Below the pieces are notes generated by a model, which saw only the letters and a list, made by a program, of their open reading frames with translations, did no database searches and was not told the origin of the DNA. Below, piece after piece: positions 9,682-18,791 of a DNA stretch of 64,000 bases. The translations under genes and the position numbers were made by a program. Every line of letters begins with the position of its first letter. Position 1 is the first letter of the stretch. Origin of the DNA: a virus; IMG/VR virus record IMGVR_UViG_3300008448_000032, positions 1 to 64,000 of that record. The stretch is one strand, 5' to 3'.

Positions 9682-10314
9682 ATGGAAAATGGTAGAATTA
9701 TAAAAGATTTTGATCGATTTAAATTTTTAAACGAAGACCAAACTCTTCTTGGACTTTTAACCGGAGAACTCGGGAGTCAGGTAGAAAAAGCAGGTAAAGA
9801 AGCTATAACAAATTATGCAATGGAGTATTTTGGAATCCCAGTGGATTCAGAAAATCCTGCTACCATTTGGATATTAGAATTATTTAAAAAAATAATGGCA
9901 AATATGTCTAACCGAGATTTGGAAGAAATATTAGAAGGTAGACAATCTATTGATGATGGAGAATTCTGGGTTCCTAAAGTAGTTGATGCTTTTTTAGAAA
10001 CTATACAGGATAGAGGGCCTCAGCCAGCACTTATAGTTGGAGATTGGCTTGGACTAGACACTAATAAATTTTTAGGAAGGCTTCTTATGAATGCTATAAG
10101 AAATAACCTATACAATAGATCTAAGCTTCAAAGAAATCTTTTGTCTTTATGGAATTTAGCTTCGGACGCAGAATTTATTCCTAGAGAAGAAGCTGGGGAT
10201 ATCTATAAAGAAGCAATGGGGGAATTATCTGACGAACAAAAAAAGAAAGTTAAAGATTCTGGATTATGGAACAGCGCTATTAAGCAAGCAGATACTTTAA
10301 GAAGCACTAGATAA
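9682..10314 (+). CDS. Hypothetical protein with leader IIKDFDRFKFLNE
   Basis: ORF; GATATATA at 9653. Confidence 0.55.
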   Translation: MENGRIIKDFDRFKFLNEDQTLLGLLTGELGSQVEKAGKEAITNYAMEYFGIPVDSENPATIWILELFKKIMANMSNRDLEEILEGRQSIDDGEFWVPKVVDAFLETIQDRGPQPALIVGDWLGLDTNKFLGRLLMNAIRNNLYNRSKLQRNLLSLWNLASDAEFIPREEAGDIYKEAMGELSDEQKKKVKDSGLWNSAIKQADTLRSTR

Positions 10315-10324
10315 AAATAAAAAA

Positions 10325-11230
10325 ATGAACATTAGAGACGTTAAAAAAAGAAATATAATCAATTTTGATGATTTCTTAGATAAGGTTCACGACGAAAACT
10401 ATAAACCGATCAAAAACCAATCTTCGGAGATAAATCCTCTTAGCGGTTTATCTAATATAAAAAGACAAAAAGCTTTTGATTATGCAGGATATGCAGACAG
10501 CGTATTTGCTGGACAATCTAAGATAGATGTTCCAGGAGGAAGAATCGAAATAGGAAAAGGTAAAATAGATGCTATTTCTACAGGATCCGCTTTTTCTTCT
10601 AGCGGGGTGACTTTTGAGTCCCAAACTAGAATAAAAAGGCTAGGAGATATGATCGTAGAAGCTCAACAGATCTCAACGGTAGGTACAATTACACGGGATG
10701 AAAAAACAAAAGGACTTGGAGATCCTAAAAATTTAACCGATGTTGATCTTTTTCCTACTTTAACTAAAAAATTAAACCAGACCCGGAACTATGACCCTTT
10801 TCCTCAGATTTTTAAAGATTTCTTTAAGAGAAATTATTTTTGGTCTTCCGGAAGATTTCATTACAAGGATCCAAAAGGGGAAGGCGGAGATTGGGGCCCT
10901 TATTCTCCCAAAGGTTCTATCTGCTGGACGATGGGATATTCCTGGCCTGCTCATCCAGAAAGAGGAACTCGAAGAGTTCATTTAGAGTTTGAGCCTTCTA
11001 TGAAAAAAGTTTGGTATGTTGGGGAAGAATGGGAAGATTCCACCCCCGGATCCATTTACGGGGCAGCTAGTTGGTCTATGGATATTACGATGGATCAAGC
11101 GGGATTAAATAAAATTATCGAAGGTTTAAAAACTAGTCCTGTCTCTAGATCTTGGGGACGTTACATTATCCAATATGGAGTAGAAGTTTTCCAAAGCAAA
11201 TGGGATAATTCTATATCTTCTGGTTTTTAA
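10325..11230 (+). CDS. Hypothetical protein with leader-like IINFDDF and internal IKRLGDMIVE
   Basis: 301-aa ORF with A-rich upstream region. Confidence 0.5.
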   Translation: MNIRDVKKRNIINFDDFLDKVHDENYKPIKNQSSEINPLSGLSNIKRQKAFDYAGYADSVFAGQSKIDVPGGRIEIGKGKIDAISTGSAFSSSGVTFESQTRIKRLGDMIVEAQQISTVGTITRDEKTKGLGDPKNLTDVDLFPTLTKKLNQTRNYDPFPQIFKDFFKRNYFWSSGRFHYKDPKGEGGDWGPYSPKGSICWTMGYSWPAHPERGTRRVHLEFEPSMKKVWYVGEEWEDSTPGSIYGAASWSMDITMDQAGLNKIIEGLKTSPVSRSWGRYIIQYGVEVFQSKWDNSISSGF

Positions 11231-11361
11231 GCGTTTTAAGCAATTTTATTATTTTTTAATGGATAACTAAGTAAAATCAAGATAGATTGATTAGAAGCAA
11301 AATAAATAAACCTCTTATCGAATAGATTGGAGGTTTTCTTTTTGTATAGGATATATAAAAC

Positions 11362-11781
11362 ATGGAATACGTAAGACTTGGAAATTTTGAGGTTTGGCCA
11401 GATCAATTGAATTGGAGCGTACCCGGAGTCCCCGAGGATTATTTTGGAAATCCCCAGAGCTATTATTTCTTGCTGGATGAATCTTTATTTGAAGAATTTA
11501 TAGCATTAAAGGTAGGACAAGGGTGGAGATTGCCCGATTTAAATGAAATGACTTATATGGGAAATATTTATCATTCTCTGGGAATATCAAAAAGTAAAAA
11601 ATTATATTTTCCTACTGCATACAATTACATAATCCAAGAAACTTTAAATTCGGACTCGGAAAATAAGTATTTCTTCAATCTCGAAAACGGAACTTCTAAT
11701 CCCCAACCTTGGGTTCCCGGATTTTTTCTTTCAAGCGCGGGAAAAAGAACTTTTAAAATCCAGCCGGTTAGAGATGTTTAA
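11362..11781 (+). CDS. DUF1566/Lcl-C (C-type-lectin fold)-like protein
   Basis: GWRLPDLNEM motif and C-terminal PVRD; GATATATA at 11350. Confidence 0.55.
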   Translation: MEYVRLGNFEVWPDQLNWSVPGVPEDYFGNPQSYYFLLDESLFEEFIALKVGQGWRLPDLNEMTYMGNIYHSLGISKSKKLYFPTAYNYIIQETLNSDSENKYFFNLENGTSNPQPWVPGFFLSSAGKRTFKIQPVRDV

Positions 11782-11833
11782 AACGATCTTAATTCTCTCC
11801 GCTATTTTGATATATACAAAAACCCAAAAGGAA

Positions 11834-12616
11834 ATGAAAATTAAAAGATTTAATGATTTTATGTCAGAATCCATTTTTGATAAAGATTTTTTTAGCAGAA
11901 TAGGATCTCTAGTAAAAGATACTGGAACTCCTGGATATTCTTCTTCTAGTACTCAGCATAGCCAAAGTTCTTCAGAACCTTCTATCTCTTCTTCCGTTGA
12001 CAGAACCCCAAGAAGTATGGGACAAAAATCTTCTTTAACCCAAGGAGCTTTAACCGCAAATACAAATAAGAATGCTCCTATGGTGGTTGTTTTCGGGGGA
12101 ACCGACGTCGGAGGAAAAGCTAGCGGAAAATACATGTACGATTATTTTACTCCGGATGTTCTATCTAAGTATAATGTTTTTGTAGCAAATTCGTCGAGGA
12201 TAAACGGCGAAAAAGCTTGGAAAGAAATACAAGAAAAATCGGTAGAACTTGGGCTTAATCCTTCTAAGAAAATACTATATTTGTTTTCGGGGGGATATTT
12301 TCCTGCAATGTCAATAGGAGGAGCCGGATTAGACATGGATAAGAGAATAGACTATCTTAATAATACTTTTGATAAAATATTTTTAGTTGATATATGGATA
12401 GGAAAAAGTGGATCTACTTTCTATAAAAAATTAGCAGAAAAATGTGGAAATAAATTAGAATATTATTCTTATGGCGGAAATAATTCGGGAGGTGGATCTA
12501 ATAATATTCCAGTAAGAAATTTAATAGTCTCTAAAGCTTCTAAATCTCATTTGACTGCTCCTGATCATATGAGGACAAACGATGAAGCCATTAAATCATT
12601 AAAATCCCAATTCTAG
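11834..12616 (+). CDS. Leader-bearing alpha/beta-hydrolase-like protein
   Basis: MKIKRFNDFMSE leader (start 11834, after GATATATA at 11809); Ser-rich linker; VVVFGG, LFSGG nucleophile elbow, FLVD, C-terminal DH. Confidence 0.55.
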   Translation: MKIKRFNDFMSESIFDKDFFSRIGSLVKDTGTPGYSSSSTQHSQSSSEPSISSSVDRTPRSMGQKSSLTQGALTANTNKNAPMVVVFGGTDVGGKASGKYMYDYFTPDVLSKYNVFVANSSRINGEKAWKEIQEKSVELGLNPSKKILYLFSGGYFPAMSIGGAGLDMDKRIDYLNNTFDKIFLVDIWIGKSGSTFYKKLAEKCGNKLEYYSYGGNNSGGGSNNIPVRNLIVSKASKSHLTAPDHMRTNDEAIKSLKSQF

Positions 12617-12618
12617 TT

Positions 12619-13290
12619 TTGAAGATAATAAATTTCCAAGATTATTTTTCGATTAATGAATCTAAGCATTCCTATTTTAGAAGAAAAGCTTTGGATTATT
12701 CTTTCGCGGATCTAGAACCTTTTATAGACAAAGAAACAATGTTAGAACATTACAATGTTCACTATAAGAAATATACTGATCTTTTAAATGAATGCATAGA
12801 CGAAGAATCTATACCGGTTCAAATGGGACCAAATATGGAGGGAATAATATCTATACTTAGAAATGTTGGTAGATACACAGATAAATTAAGAAATAATGCC
12901 GGAGGTTTCTATAATCATTTTTTATATTTTGATCAATTTACCCCAGAATTAAATTCTCCCGGTGGAGAAATAAAAAAATCTATTCTTACCTCTTTTGTTT
13001 CTCTATCTAATCTAAAGAAAGAAATGTTAGAAGCTGGGCTTTCCCAGTTCGGATCGGGATGGGTTTGGCTGATATCGGATTCTTCCGGAAACCTTTACAT
13101 AAAGACAACCCCAAATCAGGACAATCCCTTAATGGAAGAATCTTTTAATGATAAGATTCTATTGGGTATAGATGTTTGGGAACATGCTTACTACCTTAAA
13201 CACAAAGCAGATAGAAAATCTTACCTTAAAGAGGTTTTTAAGGTTATAGATTGGGACAAAGTAAATTCTAGATTTTTATCTTTTAATTAG
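12619..13290 (+). CDS. sod: Fe/Mn superoxide dismutase with capsid-targeting-like leader
   Basis: LEPFID..TMLEHYNVH, NNAGGFYNH, FGSGWVWL, TPNQDNP, DVWEHAYY; extra N-terminal MKIINFQDYFSINE. Confidence 0.93.
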   Translation: MKIINFQDYFSINESKHSYFRRKALDYSFADLEPFIDKETMLEHYNVHYKKYTDLLNECIDEESIPVQMGPNMEGIISILRNVGRYTDKLRNNAGGFYNHFLYFDQFTPELNSPGGEIKKSILTSFVSLSNLKKEMLEAGLSQFGSGWVWLISDSSGNLYIKTTPNQDNPLMEESFNDKILLGIDVWEHAYYLKHKADRKSYLKEVFKVIDWDKVNSRFLSFN

Positions 13291-13574
13291 AAAGGTTTTC
13301 CCTGACTAAATCCGTAGAATACTCCTGGAGTTAATGAGGGTCCCGTAGCCAAAAGTGTTAAATTGAAAACTGTAGGACTTGTTAAGTTTCCTAGAGAGAT
13401 TGTTATTCTATTATTGTTTAGATCGTAATAATCTAAAACTCTTGAATTTCCTTGGGTGACTAATATGGTAGAGATTGGTGCCATTATCGAAGAAGGCCCA
13501 AAAGTAGCTCCTGTAGCTCCCGGAGCATAGTTAGTTGATGCATATAGCGGAAATCCGTAGTTACCTTGTATCAT
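13287..13574 (-). CDS. Small late protein (GATG motif), possibly virion-associated
   Basis: ORF; minus-strand GATATATA at 13588-13595. Confidence 0.55.
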   Translation of the reverse strand: MIQGNYGFPLYASTNYAPGATGATFGPSSIMAPISTILVTQGNSRVLDYYDLNNNRITISLGNLTSPTVFNLTLLATGPSLTPGVFYGFSQGKPF

Positions 13575-13595
13575 AATTTTTTTATTTTATATATC

Positions 13596-13620
13596 AAAAA
13601 AAACCCTGCTTTTGGCAGGG
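13596..13620 (-). terminator. Intrinsic terminator for 13645..14049
   Basis: Minus strand reads CCCTGC-CAAAA-GCAGGG followed by a T run. Confidence 0.7.
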
Positions 13621-13644
13621 TCTATATTAATTAATTTTTTTAGA

Positions 13645-14049
13645 TTATAGGAATCTACTAAACACGTTTCCTTTGGAAATGTACCCAGAAAGATCTTCTA
13701 GAGGAACTTCTTTATCCTCGTTAGTCATTTTATAATCAGTATCCCATGTAGTAACATTAAAAGTTAAAGGGGAAAGAGATTTATCTTTCTCTGTAATTAT
13801 TCTAACAAATCCTCCGTTAGTAAGAGGAATATGACACATGAAAAGACCAGCATCTCCTATTTCTGCAGCATTTCCGGCTTTTTCTGACTCGTTAGCTATA
13901 TCAACAACCCCTTGTATATCGGTATCTTCAAAATCGATAGGACCTTTGTATCTATCGAAAGGCATCCATTGAAATATTCCTTTTTCTAAACTAACAGAAG
14001 ACTCATTCAAGCTCTGAGAAAAACTTTCAAATAATTTTATGTGTTTCAT
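13645..14049 (-). CDS. Hypothetical protein with leader MKHIKLFESFSQSLNE
   Basis: ORF; minus-strand GATATATA at 14074-14081. Confidence 0.6.
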   Translation of the reverse strand: MKHIKLFESFSQSLNESSVSLEKGIFQWMPFDRYKGPIDFEDTDIQGVVDIANESEKAGNAAEIGDAGLFMCHIPLTNGGFVRIITEKDKSLSPLTFNVTTWDTDYKMTNEDKEVPLEDLSGYISKGNVFSRFL

Positions 14050-14105
14050 ATCTAATTTTATTTTTTAACAAACTATATATCTATCTTATATATTTTTTTT
14101 TAGAT

Positions 14106-14861
14106 CTAATCTGAAATTATAGGAATTAGTATCGTTTCTACGAAATTTTTCATATCCTCTATAGATATGTTGTCTAAATCGTCCATTTGGGAATGACATT
14201 TTCCTAACATTTTTATATCTAAAAAACCATTCTCATTTTCTAGAAGGGATTCCCCCTCTAGCAATATAGGGAGAGGATTAATTACGGTAGTGTCTATACC
14301 CATGGCCATTAAGGGAAGACAATCGTTTCCTGGCGTTTTCATGGATGGACAATTAAATTTATTTTTTATGGATTCAGAAAGCTTTCCTGGATAATCGCCT
14401 ATGAAGAAATTGGTTCCTCCTTTTCCTGTAAGCTCTAAGTTTAAAACCCATTCTATCTCTCCGAATTCTCCTTCTATTATTTGTTTCCCCAGCCTCCTGG
14501 ATCCAATAAATCCCACTTCTTCCCCGTCGGTTATCACAACATTGATTTGAGGACATAAAGATTTTAAATATATTGCATTTATAACTGAAGCTGAATTATC
14601 GTTAGCATTATCAGAATCGGGATTTACTATATCGTGATGAGCTATCACCATTTTTTTGCTTTCCCCTCTAAGTATTATATTGAATCCTTTACAATCAAAC
14701 CTTTCGATTTTAAATTCATCTATTTCGTAAGGGATTTTATTTTCTTCCAATAGCGATACGATAAATTCTACCCTTGGAGTTTTTTCTTCCCCGTTAAGGT
14801 AAGCAGGACCTTTATTTCTAGCCTTGCAAAATCTTTCTATAGAATTTAATATATTTTCCAT
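14106..14861 (-). CDS. M28-family Zn peptidase
   Basis: AHHD, ANDNSASV, DGEEVG, VLNLE and late CH metal ligands. Confidence 0.8.
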   Translation of the reverse strand: MENILNSIERFCKARNKGPAYLNGEEKTPRVEFIVSLLEENKIPYEIDEFKIERFDCKGFNIILRGESKKMVIAHHDIVNPDSDNANDNSASVINAIYLKSLCPQINVVITDGEEVGFIGSRRLGKQIIEGEFGEIEWVLNLELTGKGGTNFFIGDYPGKLSESIKNKFNCPSMKTPGNDCLPLMAMGIDTTVINPLPILLEGESLLENENGFLDIKMLGKCHSQMDDLDNISIEDMKNFVETILIPIISD

Positions 14862-14866
14862 TTTAT

Positions 14867-14874
14867 CAAATATA
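14867..14874 (-). promoter_or_regulatory. Bacteroidota sigma70-type -7 element TATATTTG
   Basis: Matches TAnnTTTG; 5 nt before the M28 peptidase ATG. Confidence 0.6.
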
Positions 14875-14940
14875 ATAAAAAATTCGTATTAAAAAAATGT
14901 AATATCTTGGATATATACTTTAACCAATTATAAAATAGCC

Positions 14941-15216
14941 ATGAAAGATTTTTTTATTAAAATGTTATCTTCAGACGGAAAAATTTCTTCTAAAAGATTT
15001 TCCGCATTTTTTACTTTAGTTAATATAATAGTTCTTACTTATATTGCTACTTTTTTATCTAAAGAAAATCAAACCCCAGAATTTATGTTTGATGCACTAG
15101 CTCTTATTGCTGGTGGTGGATTAGGTCTTACCGTAATAGAAAAGATATTTAGCAAAAAGGAAGAACCTAAAAAAGAAACCCAAGAAACCCCAATAGATGA
15201 GGAACCAATCCAATAA
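14941..15216 (+). CDS. Two-TM membrane protein, holin-like
   Basis: SSKRF followed by two hydrophobic helices and a charged tail; GATATATA at 14910. Confidence 0.5.
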   Translation: MKDFFIKMLSSDGKISSKRFSAFFTLVNIIVLTYIATFLSKENQTPEFMFDALALIAGGGLGLTVIEKIFSKKEEPKKETQETPIDEEPIQ

Positions 15217-15448
15217 AATTCTAAGATTAGACGAATATATGATGCAAGAAGGATCTTGCATGAGCGAAAAAGCAAAAGCTTTATTGAAAGAAGCTTGCGA
15301 GGCTTGTTTAATGAAAGAAGCAGAAGAATATGATAAAGACCCTCATGAATCTCATACCTACGAGGGATATATGAATGAATGTTCTTCTTACCTTAGAGAA
15401 ATGATGGGTAATAGAGGGTATTCCGATCTACACAAACACTACAGATAG
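15197..15448 (+). CDS. Small acidic protein with leader-like ILRLDEYMMQE
   Basis: ORF overlapping the upstream stop. Confidence 0.5.
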   Translation: MRNQSNKILRLDEYMMQEGSCMSEKAKALLKEACEACLMKEAEEYDKDPHESHTYEGYMNECSSYLREMMGNRGYSDLHKHYR

Positions 15449-15462
15449 TAGATAATATTTTT

Positions 15463-16659
15463 ATGGTAAATTTAAAATACTTTAAAATTTTCGAAAAAGA
15501 GATTTACCTTAAAGAATCTATTGAAATACAGAATGTTTTAGATAATTCTTTTTCTATAGAAGAATATAAATTAAAATCTTGCGACATAAAATATACAGAA
15601 GCAGGATCTAAAAATTATTGGAATATAAGTGCTCCCACCGAATTTACTAAAAAAATACAAATAGATCAAAAGATAAATTCAATAAAACAAAGAATAGATC
15701 CTATCTTTAAAAGAACAAAAGAATATTACATTAAATATACGGGAAGCCCTTATTTTACAAAAAAAATAAGGGAAAAATCAAGAAAACAAGGTAGAAAATG
15801 GGGTCCAACTAATAAAGCTTCTCTAGATAAATTTATAAATTCAATTTATTATCGTACTTATCCTCCTAACGATTTGCCCGGTTTTTCTCCTCCGGGACTT
15901 TTAGGCTGGGTATCCATGACGGTTTACGATAAAAAAACAAAAAAAGAAGTACCTTCTTATAATCTAATAAACATAAATATAAACGAGTTAACTAATAATT
16001 TTTCAGAGAAAGAAATGTCAGAAGTATTAATCCATGAAATGAGACACTGCATAGATGCATATTTTATCAATCAAGGGTTAGATATAGTTCCGGGAAATGA
16101 TGATTATGCTGCATTACTAGATCTGATAAGACAAGCTGGATGGAGAAAATTAACTCCCGAAGAGGATGAATTTTTAGAAAATTACTTGGGCCGTGGACTT
16201 TCAAAAGAAGAAAGGATGAAAAAATATAAATCCAACGAAATGGAAAATTCTGCAAGATATCAGAGATTGAAATCGGATATGGGAGTTTACGATTTTGGAA
16301 CTTTTGAAAATTTTATTTCTCTTTTAAAGAAAAATTTAACTGCAGAAGATAAAAAATGGAATAAAAAAACTTTAAAATTAGAAAAAATAAAAGATCTTGA
16401 ATTAGTATTTACCGAAGATGGAAAATTAAAAATCCCAACATCTTCTTCGAATCTAGATTTAACGACTACCAAAAGAATTTATTATTACTACGGGAAAAAG
16501 GAAATTAAAGATGATGTAGAAATTCTTTTTTATAATTTTTTAGAAAAAAGTAAAATTAAAAATGAATCTGTAATAAATCTAAAAAAATTATATAACCACT
16601 CTTTACAATTTGCTAAGAATGATTCCAGTAAAGGAGAAAAAGAGGAACAAACCGCTTAA
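15463..16659 (+). CDS. Putative zincin (HExxH) metallopeptidase with leader
   Basis: VLIHEMRHCID plus downstream EMENSAR; leader LKYFKIFE...YLKE. Confidence 0.6.
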   Translation: MVNLKYFKIFEKEIYLKESIEIQNVLDNSFSIEEYKLKSCDIKYTEAGSKNYWNISAPTEFTKKIQIDQKINSIKQRIDPIFKRTKEYYIKYTGSPYFTKKIREKSRKQGRKWGPTNKASLDKFINSIYYRTYPPNDLPGFSPPGLLGWVSMTVYDKKTKKEVPSYNLINININELTNNFSEKEMSEVLIHEMRHCIDAYFINQGLDIVPGNDDYAALLDLIRQAGWRKLTPEEDEFLENYLGRGLSKEERMKKYKSNEMENSARYQRLKSDMGVYDFGTFENFISLLKKNLTAEDKKWNKKTLKLEKIKDLELVFTEDGKLKIPTSSSNLDLTTTKRIYYYYGKKEIKDDVEILFYNFLEKSKIKNESVINLKKLYNHSLQFAKNDSSKGEKEEQTA

Positions 16660-16675
16660 AAAAGAATAGATTTCT

Positions 16676-16822
16676 CTACCCTTGTCCTACATATAATTTT
16701 TTGTAGTTTCTAGATTTTTTAAGCTTAGAGTATTTAGTCTTGGCGTGAATTCCAGGTCTTTTTCTCTTTGATCTCTTTACGAACTGTCTTACAGTATTCG
16801 TTGATGTTTTTTTAGCTGCCAT
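16676..16822 (-). CDS. 48-aa highly basic protein (absent from the ORF track)
   Basis: MAAKKTSTNTVRQFVKRSKRKRPGIHAKTKYSKLKKSRNYKKLYVGQG*; minus-strand GATATATA at 16849-16856. Confidence 0.75.
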   Translation of the reverse strand: MAAKKTSTNTVRQFVKRSKRKRPGIHAKTKYSKLKKSRNYKKLYVGQG

Positions 16823-16948
16823 TTTTCTTTCTTTTTATAATTCAAAATTATATATCAAAAGAAAAATGAAAATTTTATCCCTCTTCTTTGAAGGGTAAGA
16901 TCTAGAGATGGATGAACCTGAGATATCATCCATCCTTCTTCTACTAAT

Positions 16949-17407
16949 TCATCTAATTTTTTCTTGTTCATTTCTTTTCTCCCCTGATTTTCTTTTGTAT
17001 ATCTCATATAGATCCATTTCATTTCCTTCACATTCCGAAATAGATTCTTCCCAGACGTCGAAATCGAAAGCTTCTAAAAGTCCTTTTTTAAGCAGAGATA
17101 TTCTTTTTTGCTCGTATTCTATATGAGATTCTTTTAATTTTTCTATCCTTTTTTGGTATGGTGTCCATCTAGATCTAGACCATTCTTCTAAAGCTTCTCT
17201 TCCTATATAGGGTTTTTGTCTTCTATATTCCTCTACTTCTTCTTCGAACATTCTGATCTCTTCGTTAGACATCTCCCAGTAAGGGCTCGGACTAAAATCT
17301 CCATGCTGAATCTGATGCCAGACTAAAGGATATCCTGACCCTTTAGAAGTTTTTGTTAAAGGGGTAGAAACTTTAACCCCTCTTTTCCACCAATTGAAAA
17401 TTCCCAT
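16949..17407 (-). CDS. Hypothetical protein, likely early
   Basis: ATG 17407 (MGIFNWWK) lies 6 nt after TATATTTG. Confidence 0.55.
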   Translation of the reverse strand: MGIFNWWKRGVKVSTPLTKTSKGSGYPLVWHQIQHGDFSPSPYWEMSNEEIRMFEEEVEEYRRQKPYIGREALEEWSRSRWTPYQKRIEKLKESHIEYEQKRISLLKKGLLEAFDFDVWEESISECEGNEMDLYEIYKRKSGEKRNEQEKIR

Positions 17408-17413
17408 ATAAGA

Positions 17414-17421
17414 CAAATATA
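17414..17421 (-). promoter_or_regulatory. Bacteroidota-type -7 element TATATTTG
   Basis: CAAATATA on the plus strand, directly upstream of a minus-strand gene. Confidence 0.6.
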
Positions 17422-17444
17422 AGGAATAAAATGGAAATAAAAAA

Positions 17445-17867
17445 TTATTTTATAGGACCTCCTGTAACCCATGCATCACAGGTTCTTTTAGCAGCACATT
17501 TAAATTTTAGAAATCTACAATACCCCAATTCTCCTCCTTCCACGACATCCATAGGATCTTCTGATCCCTCGTCATCTCCTATCCCTTTTGCTATACAGTT
17601 AATTGTCTTTTTGGATATGTCAAAAGCTGCACAGTTTCCGCAAAGAGCGTTTTTAGCTTCTTTAACAGTATCTAATTTCCATTCTTCGGCTTTTTCGTCC
17701 CAGAATTTTTTATTTGGCTGGCTAGGATCTAATGGTCCATATCCAAATTCGTCTATAGCTTTTTGCCGATTTTTTAGATTTAGCTTTATATCCTGTGTTG
17801 CTGGGGGACAAGATTTAGCCTCATTTATGATTTCTATAAAACCATTAAATCCCTGTAGATTTTTCAT
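17445..17867 (-). CDS. Cys-rich, probably metal-binding protein with leader
   Basis: MKNLQGFNGFIEIINE; CPPATQD...CGNCAAFD...NCI...GYC..LKFKC...TCDAW. Confidence 0.6.
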   Translation of the reverse strand: MKNLQGFNGFIEIINEAKSCPPATQDIKLNLKNRQKAIDEFGYGPLDPSQPNKKFWDEKAEEWKLDTVKEAKNALCGNCAAFDISKKTINCIAKGIGDDEGSEDPMDVVEGGELGYCRFLKFKCAAKRTCDAWVTGGPIK

Positions 17868-18171
17868 TTTGTATTTGTTTTATTCTTATTCTTACTTGTT
17901 TTTCTATTTCCAATATGTAGGAAAGATCCTCTTCTATTTTGTTCTCGATAACCCATCCTAACCCAGGAAGAACCCTAGATATGTTGGTTTTCATTACCAG
18001 TGTTAAATGGTTACCCTCTGATATCTTATAGTATTTAAATCCTTTTATTTTCGTTACCTCTTCAAAAAATTTATCCAATTGATTTATGAATCTCGTATCT
18101 TCAATAACAAGACCAGGAAAACCTTCTTCTAAAAAAGAAGAGTATTTGATGTTAAATTCTTCTCTTTGCAC
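17845..18171 (-). CDS. Hypothetical protein
   Basis: ORF; minus-strand GATAAATA at 18176-18183, 4 nt before the GTG start. Confidence 0.55.
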   Translation of the reverse strand: MQREEFNIKYSSFLEEGFPGLVIEDTRFINQLDKFFEEVTKIKGFKYYKISEGNHLTLVMKTNISRVLPGLGWVIENKIEEDLSYILEIEKQVRIRIKQIQNEKSTGI

Positions 18172-18203
18172 AAACTATTTATCTTTTTTGTGATATATAA
18201 AAC

Positions 18204-18746
18204 GTGAAAGTTCCAAAAAGATATCTAAGTAAGAATCCCAATGTAATGAAAAGGGAAATTAAGAAGCATGCGGAGAAGAAAGATTCAGATTCTTCTGCCT
18301 ATAAAGAATGGGATGCTGACTATAAGAGTAGAAAAGCGGGTAAAGGGAAACCGGTTAAAACCACCGTAAGTAAATACACTAAAAAATATAAAGAAATGTA
18401 CGGGGAAAGTGAATCTCAATCTAAATTAAAATCCATAATGGATTATGAATCTTTTTCTAATTCACTTAATGAAGGATCCCGAAAAGGATCCGTCGACACT
18501 AAAGGATCACCTGCAGATAAATCACTTAGAAAAAAAGCTGAAAAATCTGGATTTCCACTAGGTATATTAAAAGAAGTCTTCAAGCGCGGAAAGGCCGCAT
18601 GGAAGACCGGACACGTTCCCGGGACGACCCCGGATCAGTGGGCACACGCAAGGGTTTCGAGCTTTATTACAGGGGGGAAAACGACTAAAATGCAGGATAA
18701 GGCTCTATATCAACAAGCCAAAAAAGCAAGAGCTGCTAAAAAATAA
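18204..18746 (+). CDS. Basic viral protein (possibly DUF5824-like) with internal leader-like motif
   Basis: LRKKAEKSG..LGILKEVFKRGKAAWKTGH.PGTTPDQWAHARVSSF is a domain I recognise from large viruses; internal IMDYESFSNSLNE; GATATATA at 18192. Confidence 0.55.
   Translation: MKVPKRYLSKNPNVMKREIKKHAEKKDSDSSAYKEWDADYKSRKAGKGKPVKTTVSKYTKKYKEMYGESESQSKLKSIMDYESFSNSLNEGSRKGSVDTKGSPADKSLRKKAEKSGFPLGILKEVFKRGKAAWKTGHVPGTTPDQWAHARVSSFITGGKTTKMQDKALYQQAKKARAAKK
18696..18746 (+). repeat. Copy 1 of 51-bp diverged direct repeat (3' end of 18204..18746)
   Basis: Encodes DKALYQQAKKARAAKK*; 43/51 identical to 19762-19812. Confidence 0.85.
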
Positions 18747-18791
18747 ATAATAAATGAAATAAACGAATTAACCCGTGATATATATTATATT

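Noticed and set aside
11231-11349. One of the longer intergenic gaps, as a possible tRNA or ncRNA
   Set aside because: No cloverleaf or T-loop; only a weak AAACCTC/GAGGTTT hairpin that may be a terminator
11774-11833. Apparent signal peptide MFKTILILSAILIY on the 280-aa ORF
   Set aside because: The extension spans the GATATATA promoter at 11809; the paralogous N-terminus at 32617 supports ATG 11834 as the start
17431-17961. 176-aa plus-strand ORF
   Set aside because: Antisense shadow of the Cys-rich minus-strand gene, which has the leader and recognisable motifs
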